Source: a virus
Lineage: Duplodnaviria; Caudoviricetes
DNA: 40,228 bases
IMG/VR virus record: IMGVR_UViG_3300048577_000505
Coordinates: 1 to 40,228 of that record
Direction: 5' to 3' (one strand)
Part shown: positions 25,795-34,324 of the stretch, in pieces
How the letters are laid out: each line of letters starts with the position of its first letter
Position numbering within the stretch: position 1 is the stretch's first letter
Notes under the pieces: generated by a model
Seen by the model: the letters and a program-made list of their open reading frames with translations, nothing else
What the model was told of the DNA's origin: nothing
The model's database searches: none
Made by a program: the position numbers and the translations under genes

Positions 25795-26220
25795 ATGAGC
25801 TGGGGTCCGATCACTTCCGTGGACATTGAGCCTCGTCTATCCGGCGCGGAACTCAATGCCTTGCGAACCAAGGTGCTGGCGAATGGGCAGACCGATCCGA
25901 TCACGCCTGTCATCGCCGACACCGTGGAGGAAGTGCGAGGACACATCGCTTCCTACTCTGGCGACGGCAGTCTGGGGGCCGCCGGGACAATCCCGGCGCG
26001 CCTCCGGGCTGCGACCATCGCCGTGATCGCATTCCGGCTTACCCTACGACTCCCCGTCGAGACCTCCGATCCGTCGATTACGTCGGCTCGGAGGTCCGAA
26101 GCGGAGGCTGCATTCAGGCTGTTTTCAAAGGTGGAATCGGGAGATTTCGCCGTCGATCAGCCCGAGGCGTCCTCTGCGAGCGGAGGATCATGGGGCAGCC
26201 GTCAGCGAGTGAGGTTCTAG
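25795..26220 (+). CDS. Head-tail connector, Mu gp36 / DUF1320-like
   Basis: IADTVEEVRGHI, IPARLRAATIAVIAFRL, AFRLFSKVESG. Confidence 0.75.
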   Translation: MSWGPITSVDIEPRLSGAELNALRTKVLANGQTDPITPVIADTVEEVRGHIASYSGDGSLGAAGTIPARLRAATIAVIAFRLTLRLPVETSDPSITSARRSEAEAAFRLFSKVESGDFAVDQPEASSASGGSWGSRQRVRF

Positions 26221-26222
26221 TC

Positions 26223-26663
26223 ATGGGTGAAATCCGCACGATCCAAGACCGTATTGCCTCGCTCATCGAGGCGAGCCCCTACTTCGCCGCCGCGAATGTC
26301 GAGGTCATCCGACAATACAAGGGCGACATCCTCAGCCGCATCAACGAAAAGATGACAGAACTCGGGTTCGGCGTGATCGTCGCCCTTGGTGCTGGAGAGC
26401 GGCTCGAACACGAGGAGTACCCATACTACGAGGAAACTGCGTTCACGGTCACTCTGACCGAATCGCCGACAGCGAACAGCACGGGCCTCAACTCGTGCGA
26501 GGGGGTTGAGGAGGTCATCGCAGCTCTCCACAGATCGGAAGTCGAGGAGGGGAACCCGTCCAGAAGGCTCGTCGTCACCGGTCACGCTCCAGTCGTCGGA
26601 GTGAAAGCGTCGATCGAGGTTCATCAGGTGTTCGTCAAGTGCAAAGCACTGTTCCAATTCTAA
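26223..26663 (+). CDS. Putative tail completion/terminator protein
   Basis: 146 aa between connector and tail tube; IQDRIASLI...EEVIAALH pattern. Confidence 0.5.
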   Translation: MGEIRTIQDRIASLIEASPYFAAANVEVIRQYKGDILSRINEKMTELGFGVIVALGAGERLEHEEYPYYEETAFTVTLTESPTANSTGLNSCEGVEEVIAALHRSEVEEGNPSRRLVVTGHAPVVGVKASIEVHQVFVKCKALFQF

Positions 26664-26678
26664 CAGGAGAAAATCAAC

Positions 26679-27242
26679 ATGCCAGGTATCACGCGTAAAG
26701 CCCGTGTGGGCGCGACCCACATTTCCATCTCACCCATCGGTACCACCTACACGCCTGCGGGCGAAGGCGCTACCCCTCAGACTGTTTCGGAATCTGCCAT
26801 CCCGACCGATGCCGGAGCTTGGACGTATCTCGGGATCGTCTCTGAGTGCAAGCAGAAGAAGGCCTCCAAAAAGGAGGAGCTCTACGGCGCCCTTCCGGGC
26901 ACCGGAAGCACCGCGCTCTCTGACGTGATCGAGTACAACAAGGAGCACACCATCACGGCGAAGCTCGGTCAGCTCGGTCCGGAGATCGTCGGCATCGTCA
27001 ACAATGCCGGCATCCTCAAGGAGACCGACGCCACGCTCACCCCGGAATCGACGAACACGCCGCATTGCTGGGTGAAGGTCGAACAGTACGGCCACGACAA
27101 CGTGCGCATCCAGGAACTCAAGTTCCTCGCCTTCATTGACATCGACGGCGATGTCAACATGTCCGGCGGCCTGTCCTCGGGTGAGATCACCATCCGCCGC
27201 CTCATGAACGCCCAGAATACCGGCGCGCTCGGGGCCGCGTAG
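26679..27242 (+). CDS. Putative major tail tube protein
   Basis: 187 aa, beta-rich, AWTYLG motif; position; no sheath gene present. Confidence 0.65.
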   Translation: MPGITRKARVGATHISISPIGTTYTPAGEGATPQTVSESAIPTDAGAWTYLGIVSECKQKKASKKEELYGALPGTGSTALSDVIEYNKEHTITAKLGQLGPEIVGIVNNAGILKETDATLTPESTNTPHCWVKVEQYGHDNVRIQELKFLAFIDIDGDVNMSGGLSSGEITIRRLMNAQNTGALGAA

Positions 27243-27262
27243 TAACAATTCGGCGCAAGCCG

Positions 27263-27356
27263 GGCCGGTGGGAGTGGAGGGGGTGGCGGTTTCGGTGGGT
27301 TTCCCGCCGCCGCTGGCTCCCACCGGCCAACTCCCCCTCCCAATTTTCTGAAACCG
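27263..27356 (+). other. Highly structured intergenic element (candidate cis-regulatory RNA)
   Basis: 12-bp perfect stem 27263-27274/27317-27328; loop segments 27276-27283 and 27287-27293 complementary to downstream 27333-27340 and 27350-27356. Confidence 0.55.
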
Positions 27357-27366
27357 ATCTCACGCC

Positions 27367-27498
27367 ATGACGACTTTCGACATTCTCGCGCTCCTCGCAT
27401 GGAGCATTCTCGTTTTCGTTTTCGGTGTCCTCTTCGCGCGTCACAACCAGAATAAGGCGCAGGCCATTCAGGACGCCGCCAGGGAGGCTAAGGAGTAG
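27367..27498 (+). CDS. Small single-TM membrane protein (holin-like), absent from the ORF track
   Basis: MTTFDILALLAWSILVFVFGVLFARHNQNKAQAIQDAAREAKE, 43 aa. Confidence 0.6.
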   Translation: MTTFDILALLAWSILVFVFGVLFARHNQNKAQAIQDAAREAKE

Positions 27499-27501
27499 CC
27501 A

Positions 27502-28683
27502 ATGGGCACGCACCGGAACGGCACGACGATTCTCCGCAGGGCATGGCTCGCCGCCGCGCTCTGCGGGGCCGTCGTGCTGTCCGGCTGCGTGACCGACGCC
27601 CCGCGTGTTGAGCCCGTGGACATCGGGCCCCTCTCGTCGCAAATCGGGGACTTAGCTCGGGCGAACGCGGACCTCCGTGCGGCCAACGAGCGGCTGGCGC
27701 AGGCCAACGCGGCGTTGCAGGCAGAGAACGAGCGGCTCAAGGCGCAGCTTCGTGCGGACGCGGACGCAGGCCTCGCGGCCAACGCGAAGGGCTGGCTGCC
27801 GTTCGAGGTCTACGTTTTTCGGCAACAAATCGCGCGCCTCCCCGGTATCCAGCCCGACGCAACGACGACCGCCAAGTGGACGGAGGCGGCAGGCCTCTAC
27901 GCGGCGGGCGGAGAGGCGGCCATGCGTTACGTCATCGACGACCTCCACGATGATGCGACCGCTCAGGCCAAAAAGCTCGGAGAACTTTCCAGCCGCATCG
28001 AACAACTCACCCGCGAGCGAGACGCCGCGACGGAGGACGCCACGCGGGCGCTACGGGCCGTTGAAGACGCGAAGGCGGCACTGGCCGCAGCAATCCAGCA
28101 AGCCCGCCAGGACGAGGCTGCGAGGATCGCGAGAGAAACGCGCGAATGGCAGATTTACGCGGCGAACTGGGCAGGCGGAGGTCTGTTCGTCGCCACGCTT
28201 GGCCTCGCCGCCGCTGCATGGTTTCTTTCCGCGGCGTCGAAGAAGCTGGGCGAAGGCGCGATTGTGGCTTTCGCGCTTTGCGTCGGATGCTTTGCCTTCG
28301 CCAGATTCTTGGGAAATCCGTGGTTTCTCCCCGTCTCCGGAACGCTTTACGGCATTGGATTCGCCGGATGGATGGCATGGAAGATCAAGGCGGGGATAAA
28401 TGAGCGTGAAGCGAAGGTCAAGGCCTCGCGCGATGGGCTCGTCGCTGCCGTCCTCGTGCAGAAGCTCAATGACTTTTACGACGCCTCCAGTGCGGAGATG
28501 AAAGCCCAGCTCGATGCGGGCCTTTTCGCAGAGCTTGAGAAGGCCGGACCGGCCTACGCAGAGGCCGTAAAGCGAATCAAGGCGGACATCATCGCAGCCG
28601 CCGCAACCCTTTCATGTGCCCCGCAGGCCTCTACACAAAGCCCAAATTGTGGGGCCCCTTCGCCTTCCACATCCCAGCCATGA
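27502..28683 (+). CDS. Lipoprotein with long coiled coil and three TM helices (spanin-like candidate)
   Basis: Lipobox LSGC (Cys codon 27586), heptad-rich region, hydrophobic segments about 28168-28227, 28255-28314, 28321-28380; AAGGAG upstream. Confidence 0.7.
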   Translation: MGTHRNGTTILRRAWLAAALCGAVVLSGCVTDAPRVEPVDIGPLSSQIGDLARANADLRAANERLAQANAALQAENERLKAQLRADADAGLAANAKGWLPFEVYVFRQQIARLPGIQPDATTTAKWTEAAGLYAAGGEAAMRYVIDDLHDDATAQAKKLGELSSRIEQLTRERDAATEDATRALRAVEDAKAALAAAIQQARQDEAARIARETREWQIYAANWAGGGLFVATLGLAAAAWFLSAASKKLGEGAIVAFALCVGCFAFARFLGNPWFLPVSGTLYGIGFAGWMAWKIKAGINEREAKVKASRDGLVAAVLVQKLNDFYDASSAEMKAQLDAGLFAELEKAGPAYAEAVKRIKADIIAAAATLSCAPQASTQSPNCGAPSPSTSQP

Positions 28684-28931
28684 GCATCGACACCTTAGCA
28701 CAGATTGCCACAGCCGTCGCCACGTCGGTCCTTGTCCCGAGCGTCATCTGGCTTGTGAAGGCGATACTCCGCCTGAACGAGACCATGACCCGGCTGGAGA
28801 CGAAGATCTCCGACGGCGTCGAGCCGCGTCTTGCGCAGTGCGAGGGCGACATCGAGACGCTTTACGACCGCACAAACGAGCACGGAAAGGCCCTCGCGGC
28901 CCTCAAGGCGACGCATCCCGGCCTTTCATGA
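28680..28931 (+). CDS. Single-TM plus coiled-coil protein (holin-like)
   Basis: IATAVATSVLVPSVIWLVKAI then LNETMTRLETKI; ATGA-coupled. Confidence 0.6.
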   Translation: MSIDTLAQIATAVATSVLVPSVIWLVKAILRLNETMTRLETKISDGVEPRLAQCEGDIETLYDRTNEHGKALAALKATHPGLS

Positions 28932-29056
28932 TCCGCTCCCGTCCAGTCCTCACGCGCCGCGCGCAAGCCCGCTACCACGCGGGTTGCGCCATCCGGCACG
29001 CGGGATTGGCCCTTCTCGAACTTTGGAGAACCCTCAAATCCATCACAGCAAAATGA
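28928..29056 (+). CDS. Small basic hypothetical protein (42 aa)
   Basis: ATGA overlaps at both ends; MIRSRPVLTRRAQARYHAGCAIRHAGLALLELWRTLKSITAK. Confidence 0.45.
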   Translation: MIRSRPVLTRRAQARYHAGCAIRHAGLALLELWRTLKSITAK

Positions 29057-29601
29057 GCGAAGAATCCGACAAAATCACCACCATCTTCGGCGGCGTCATG
29101 ATGACCGTCCACCGTTTCGACGGGACCACGGAGCGCATTAAGGTGCGTCAGGCCCCGGTTCGCATCTGCCTTGAGGCTTTCGCGGCCTATGAGGCGACGA
29201 AGGACGAGATAACCCTCGTCGAGACGCTCCTCGGCCAGCCCGTGGGGCACTACGAGATGCAGCCCTCCGACGGGGCCGCTCCCGCGAAGGCGACTTACAT
29301 CCCGGGCTGGAGCGACGGAATCCTCCCCGAGGATTTTGATGCCGTGGCGAAGAAGCTCTACGAGCTCAACCGCCCTACCGTCGCGGCCCGAATGGATCGC
29401 TCGATGCAGGAGGCCGCGACACTCAGCGAGAGGATGGACTCCTACCTCCAGAAGCTGGCGACCTCGCCGTCTGGCAGGCTGTTGCTGACGCAGCTCTTAT
29501 CCTCGGGAAAGACTTCGACACCGTCGCCGACGGATGGAGCATCCAGCGAATCGAGCTCCTCCTCCAGCGCGACACCGCCCGCAGAGCCCAAAAAGAACTA
29601 G
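29053..29601 (+). CDS. Tail assembly chaperone (gpG-like)
   Basis: Upstream of tape measure; contains in-frame G GGA AAG at 29505-29511; Ser-rich tail after it. Confidence 0.75.
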   Translation: MSEESDKITTIFGGVMMTVHRFDGTTERIKVRQAPVRICLEAFAAYEATKDEITLVETLLGQPVGHYEMQPSDGAAPAKATYIPGWSDGILPEDFDAVAKKLYELNRPTVAARMDRSMQEAATLSERMDSYLQKLATSPSGRLLLTQLLSSGKTSTPSPTDGASSESSSSSSATPPAEPKKN

Positions 29602-29744
29602 CTCACCTCACGAGCCTCGCGGCGGCCCTCGCCGCGGGAATCGGAGGGAAATCAGAAATGCTCGAAGACCGCATTGAAGATCTCAGCAACCTCGCCAACG
29701 GAGACACTCCGGGGAGCCGGGGCGACGATCTCATCACACTCTGA
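29505..29744 (+). CDS. -1 frameshift extension of the tail chaperone (gpGT-like)
   Basis: -1 frame open 29340-29744: GKDFDTVADGWSIQRIELLLQRDTARRAQKELAHL...DDLITL, stop 2 nt before the tape measure ATG. Confidence 0.7.
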   Translation, partial: GKDFDTVADGWSIQRIELLLQRDTARRAQKELAHLTSLAAALAAGIGGKSEMLEDRIEDLSNLANGDTPGSRGDDLITL

Positions 29745-29746
29745 CC

Positions 29747-32700
29747 ATGCCAACCGCAGAATCCAGATACGACATCCTCATCGACATCCGATCGAAGCTG
29801 GACGGCCTCAATCAGACGAAGATCGGGCTGCGCGAGACGAAGGCGGAGGCGCAGAGCTTGGGGGACGTTTTGCGGACGGGCCTCGGGTTCGGTATTGGAA
29901 ACGAGCTGGTACAGCAGCTCATGCAGATCCCGTCGTTCTTTTCGCAGAGCGTGAAGGGCGGCGTGGCGTTCAACGCCCAGCTCGAATCTGCACAGATCGG
30001 CATCGCGGGCATCCTCAAGCAGTTCGACTCCGCCGGCAAGTACTCGACGTTCGGAGAGGCAATGAGGGATGCGGGAGCGTCCGTCGAATACCTCAGGCAG
30101 AAGGCGCAGACGAGCCCTGCCACGTTCAAGACACTTCTCGAAGCCTACCAAGGGACCGCTGGCGCGATGGCCTCAGCAGGCCTCACGATGCGGCAGCAGG
30201 TCGATCTCGTTGCCCAGATGTCCCAAACCATCGGGGCACTCGGTATCGCGGATTCTCAGGTCTTGCAAGAGTCGCGTGCGATGGTCACGGGAAACATCAA
30301 CGCGAACGCAGCCGTTGCGCGCACGTTGGGCATCACAGCCGAGGACATCACGCGAGCAAAGCAGAAGGGCGAGCTCTATACCTTCCTCATGGGGCGGATG
30401 GCAGCGTTTGCCACGGCTTCACAGGTTGCATCCGGGACTCTGACCCAGATTTGGAGCAACACCGAGGATGCTTGGCAGGCCTACATGGCGAAGCTCTCTG
30501 AGCCCATTTTCGAGGCGCTCAAGGCAAGCCTTGCGGACCTCCTCAAGGAGCTTGGAAAGGGCGATGTGGACGCGGGGATGAAGCGCATCGCGGAACAGAT
30601 CGCCGCCGTCGCATCGGCCTGCGTCTCAGGCGCCGAGTTCTTCCTGAAATACGGCGGGACAATCGTGACCGTCGGAGAGGCTTTCGTCGCCCTCAAGATC
30701 GCGAAGTTCGTGGGGGACATTGTAAACGCCGCCAAGGCGACCCTCAGCGCGGCAGCGGCGCAAAACCGGCAGGTCGCTGCGATAGAGCGAGAGATAGCGG
30801 TCCGCAAGGCGCAGGAAAATCAACTCCAGCGGCTGATTCTGTTGCAGGGCGAGCTGACTGCGATGCAAACGAGGGCAAGTACATCAAGCCTCGGCGGGAC
30901 GATCATCGGCAGCATCGGGCGGGACAGGGCGGCGGCGATCCAGGTGGCGCAGATGAATGCCCAGCTCGGTTTGACGCCGGGCATCGCGGCGCGGGCGGGA
31001 TCCGCAATCAAGGGCATTGGAGCGGCAGCTCTCTCGCTCGGCGGCCTCACCTCAATCGCGACAATCGGATTTTTCGCGTTCGAGTGGTGGGCCGGGTGGA
31101 AACAGCGCGGCATCGACGCGATGAATGAGCTCACCGCGAAGCTCAAGGAGGACTGGGACACCCTAAGCGGAGGGTTTGCCTCTTCCGCGAGCTCAAAGGA
31201 GACCGAAGCCGCGATGGAGGCGGCAAAGAAGCGCCGGGCCGAGCTGGCGGCGCAAGCGGCTCCGCTGCAAAAAATCAAGGACGCCCCAGCAACTACATAT
31301 ACAACAAGCGAGGGCAGTTTCACGGTAAAACCGAGTTTGAGCTCGGCACAAGCCAAGGAGCTGGAGGGCCTGCAACTGCGGATCGACGAGATCGACCGGC
31401 TGATTGCCTCGCGGCAGGCCATGATCACGTCCGGCGCGCAAAAAGAGGTTGAGGCGCGAAATGCCGCAGTTCTGGCGGCTCAGGATGCTGCGGCGCTTTC
31501 AGCGAAGGAAACCGAGAATGCCGAAAAGGCCAAGGCGGCCCGGCTCGCCGTGGCGACGACCGAAGGCAAGCTCGTGATCGAGAGCGAATCCCTGCAAAAG
31601 TCGGAGGCCAAGCTGGCCGAGACTCAGGCGAAGCGCGCGGAAACGGAAGCATCATTTGCGGCCAAGAGGATCACGCAGGAACAGCATGACAAGGCCATCG
31701 CCGGGATTTCCATCGAGGAGCAGGGCATCCGGGCAGACATCCTCACGCATCAGACGCAGATTACCGAATTGCAGGGGAAGCAGCGCCAAGAGGCTCAGGA
31801 CGCGCGGAAGACCCAACAGGACTACGTTGCGGCCCTCATCTCCAGAGAGGCCGAGGAACAGGCCGTCGCCGAGAGCCTCAAGGAACAAGGGACGAGCGCA
31901 AGCCAGCTACACACGGTAACCGCAGATCGCATCCGGCTTGAGGCTCAGATGACGAATGCCCTGCGCGAGCAGTCCGACCTTCGCTCACGTCTGACGCAGG
32001 GCTCTCTACGCATTTCAGGCCTTGGACAGGACAAGGCAGAGCTGGCCACGCAGAAGGAGAACACAACAGACCCGGCGAAGAAGCTCCAGCTCGATTCGGC
32101 CATTCAAGCGGTCGAGGAGCAGATTCGGCAGGCGCAGGAAGAGCAGGCCCAGATGCTCGTCGAGCAAGAGGGCGCGAAGACTCGCATTGCGACCCTCGGG
32201 GGGCAGATCAAGGCGAACGATCAGGCCGCCATTGACGCGACCGTGGAACAGGCGCGCGCGGAAAACGATCTCCTTGTTCAGCGGTTGCAGGGGCAGATTC
32301 AACAGATCGAGAACGAGCGCCAGATTTTGGAGATGCGGCGCGACCTTTCGGAGCCCGAAAAGGAGACGCAGCGCGAAAAGCTCATCGCCGACGAAACTGC
32401 CGCGCTGAAACAACTTGCAGAGGCTTGGGACTCCTTCTCAAAGACGAAGGGACTCAAGCCGATAGACGTTGCGCAGGCGACCGGGAACGCCTCGCAAGCG
32501 CGCAATCAGGGCGACACGCTGACCCTGCAAAACCCTGCTCCCCCAAAGGACATGTGGGAGGGGGCCTCCCGCGGGATGCATGACTATTTCCGCGAGTACG
32601 GGACGCTCGCGCAACAGGCTGCGAACGTCACGAAGAACGTTCTCGGGAAGTCGATTTCGGGCGTCTCGCAAAACATCGCTCACTCGGTGGTTTACGCGAA

Positions 32701-33484
32701 AAACCTTGGCTCGGCCATGCTTTCTCTCGCTCGAACCGTGGCCGAGGATCTTGTCAGCGCGCTCATCGAGGCGACAATCAGGCAGGGCATCCTTTGGGCC
32801 CTGAACCGGCAGGGGATTGCGACGACGCTGGCGACCGGCGAGGCAGCTAAGGCTACTTCGACGGCAAGCACCGTCGCATCTGCCACGACGGTTACGGCGG
32901 CATCGGCTCCAGCGGCAGCCCTATCGTCCGTCTGGAGCTTCGGCGCTGCGGCCCTCGCGGGCGCTGCGGCTCTCGCGCTTGTCCTTGCGCTCACCGGAGC
33001 CTTCGCAGAGGGCACGGCAGGCTTGGCCTACCAGGGCGATTCACGCCCGGGCATCGTCTCCGGCCCGGGTGGACCGACGGACGACCGCGTCCTCGTGCGC
33101 ATCTCGCCAACGGAGGCCATCCTCACGGGCGCGGCCTCAAAGCGTCTCGGGTCGGGCTTCATCAATTACGTGAACAGCCATGACGGCGAGCTGCCTCCGA
33201 CGATCAATTCTTACGCCGCAGGCTACGCCGGGATCCCTGACCTCGCCTCTCGCGTCCGCGTCTCGGTCCCGTCTTTCGCCACAGGCAGAATCGGATCCGG
33301 GGCTTTCTCGGGATCGCCCGTTTCCGACGCCTCCGGCGCTACCTTGGCCCGCCCTGTCGTCATGAACGCGGTGGTGGTGGACAGCAATTCCTCGGCCCGG
33401 CGGTTTGCCAATTCCCGCGAAGGGCGGACGGCCTACATCAACGCTGACAGGCAGCGGCGGATCACCACGAGGATGCGAGGCTGA
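29747..33484 (+). CDS. Tail tape measure protein
   Basis: 1245 aa, A/Q/E-rich helical; FNAQLESAQIG, hydrophobic segments, C-terminal FAEG...GIVSGPGGPTDDRVLVRISPTEAIL. Confidence 0.92.
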   Translation: MPTAESRYDILIDIRSKLDGLNQTKIGLRETKAEAQSLGDVLRTGLGFGIGNELVQQLMQIPSFFSQSVKGGVAFNAQLESAQIGIAGILKQFDSAGKYSTFGEAMRDAGASVEYLRQKAQTSPATFKTLLEAYQGTAGAMASAGLTMRQQVDLVAQMSQTIGALGIADSQVLQESRAMVTGNINANAAVARTLGITAEDITRAKQKGELYTFLMGRMAAFATASQVASGTLTQIWSNTEDAWQAYMAKLSEPIFEALKASLADLLKELGKGDVDAGMKRIAEQIAAVASACVSGAEFFLKYGGTIVTVGEAFVALKIAKFVGDIVNAAKATLSAAAAQNRQVAAIEREIAVRKAQENQLQRLILLQGELTAMQTRASTSSLGGTIIGSIGRDRAAAIQVAQMNAQLGLTPGIAARAGSAIKGIGAAALSLGGLTSIATIGFFAFEWWAGWKQRGIDAMNELTAKLKEDWDTLSGGFASSASSKETEAAMEAAKKRRAELAAQAAPLQKIKDAPATTYTTSEGSFTVKPSLSSAQAKELEGLQLRIDEIDRLIASRQAMITSGAQKEVEARNAAVLAAQDAAALSAKETENAEKAKAARLAVATTEGKLVIESESLQKSEAKLAETQAKRAETEASFAAKRITQEQHDKAIAGISIEEQGIRADILTHQTQITELQGKQRQEAQDARKTQQDYVAALISREAEEQAVAESLKEQGTSASQLHTVTADRIRLEAQMTNALREQSDLRSRLTQGSLRISGLGQDKAELATQKENTTDPAKKLQLDSAIQAVEEQIRQAQEEQAQMLVEQEGAKTRIATLGGQIKANDQAAIDATVEQARAENDLLVQRLQGQIQQIENERQILEMRRDLSEPEKETQREKLIADETAALKQLAEAWDSFSKTKGLKPIDVAQATGNASQARNQGDTLTLQNPAPPKDMWEGASRGMHDYFREYGTLAQQAANVTKNVLGKSISGVSQNIAHSVVYAKNLGSAMLSLARTVAEDLVSALIEATIRQGILWALNRQGIATTLATGEAAKATSTASTVASATTVTAASAPAAALSSVWSFGAAALAGAAALALVLALTGAFAEGTAGLAYQGDSRPGIVSGPGGPTDDRVLVRISPTEAILTGAASKRLGSGFINYVNSHDGELPPTINSYAAGYAGIPDLASRVRVSVPSFATGRIGSGAFSGSPVSDASGATLARPVVMNAVVVDSNSSARRFANSREGRTAYINADRQRRITTRMRG

Positions 33485-33486
33485 CG

Positions 33487-34323
33487 ATGGAAATCTTTCT
33501 CGGCAATCACGTCTTTCTACCCTACGGAGCGAACTGGAAAACTCGCCCGAAGGCCTCGCTTGGCTCGATGACGAACAGCCGCGAGACGCCGGTCGGGGGC
33601 GAGGTCCGGGCAACGGCTTGGGCCACGCTCCGGCGGACGCAGGATTGGACGGTCACGGGCCGAGACGGCGAGGAGTGCGGGCGGATCGAGGAGACGGTCC
33701 GGGTGGCTCTTGCCGCCCGGTGCGCCGGTGCGCCCTACTGGCTTGCCTCGCGCGCGATTGCGGCGGTCAACGGCAACGTGATCACCCTCGATGCGGCGCC
33801 GGACCTTCCCCTCGCGCAGGGCACGATCCTTTGGTTTGGCGGGCTTGGCGCGGCGGCCTACGGGCTCTGCACGGTTGCTTCCGCCTCCGGGCGCAGTGTG
33901 ACCCTTGTCGCGGCTCCTGCGGGCATTGCAGCGGGGATGCAGTGCGCTCCGGTCCTCCTCGGCACGCTGGACTCAGACCCGGACGTGAGCGAGATCCACG
34001 GCGCGGCCCGCTCTTGGACCCTCCGACTCACCGAGAGCGGGGATCTGCACGGCCTGACTCGCTCAGGGGCGGAGGCGATGGGGCTCGGTTTGTCGATCGC
34101 CGCCGTTCGCAACGGAACCATTCTCGGGCGCAACGCGAACGAGTTCCAGGTGCTGGCCCTGACCATTTCCGCAACCCGCACCACGATCGTCGTCGGGCAG
34201 GCGACGGCGGAAGCGATGGCGATGGCCATTTCCATCGCCGCGACGCGAGACGAGATCGCGATCAACCAGACCCATGCCGAAACGGCAGGGCTCAATTTAA
34301 CCATCAGCGCGGAGCGAAACTAG
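33487..34323 (+). CDS. Tail tip/distal tail-region protein with C-terminal 23-aa repeats
   Basis: Directly after tape measure; VFLPYGANW, GEVRATAW..LRR, APYW; repeats at 34066-34320. Confidence 0.55.
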   Translation: MEIFLGNHVFLPYGANWKTRPKASLGSMTNSRETPVGGEVRATAWATLRRTQDWTVTGRDGEECGRIEETVRVALAARCAGAPYWLASRAIAAVNGNVITLDAAPDLPLAQGTILWFGGLGAAAYGLCTVASASGRSVTLVAAPAGIAAGMQCAPVLLGTLDSDPDVSEIHGAARSWTLRLTESGDLHGLTRSGAEAMGLGLSIAAVRNGTILGRNANEFQVLALTISATRTTIVVGQATAEAMAMAISIAATRDEIAINQTHAETAGLNLTISAERN

Positions 34324-34324
34324 C

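Noticed and set aside
20616-26220. Calling the element a transposable Mu-like phage
   Set aside because: No DDE transposase or MuB seen; integrase and initiator/DnaC are present instead
27246-27366. tRNA or standard intrinsic terminator
   Set aside because: No cloverleaf or T-loop consensus; no U-tract immediately after the main stem
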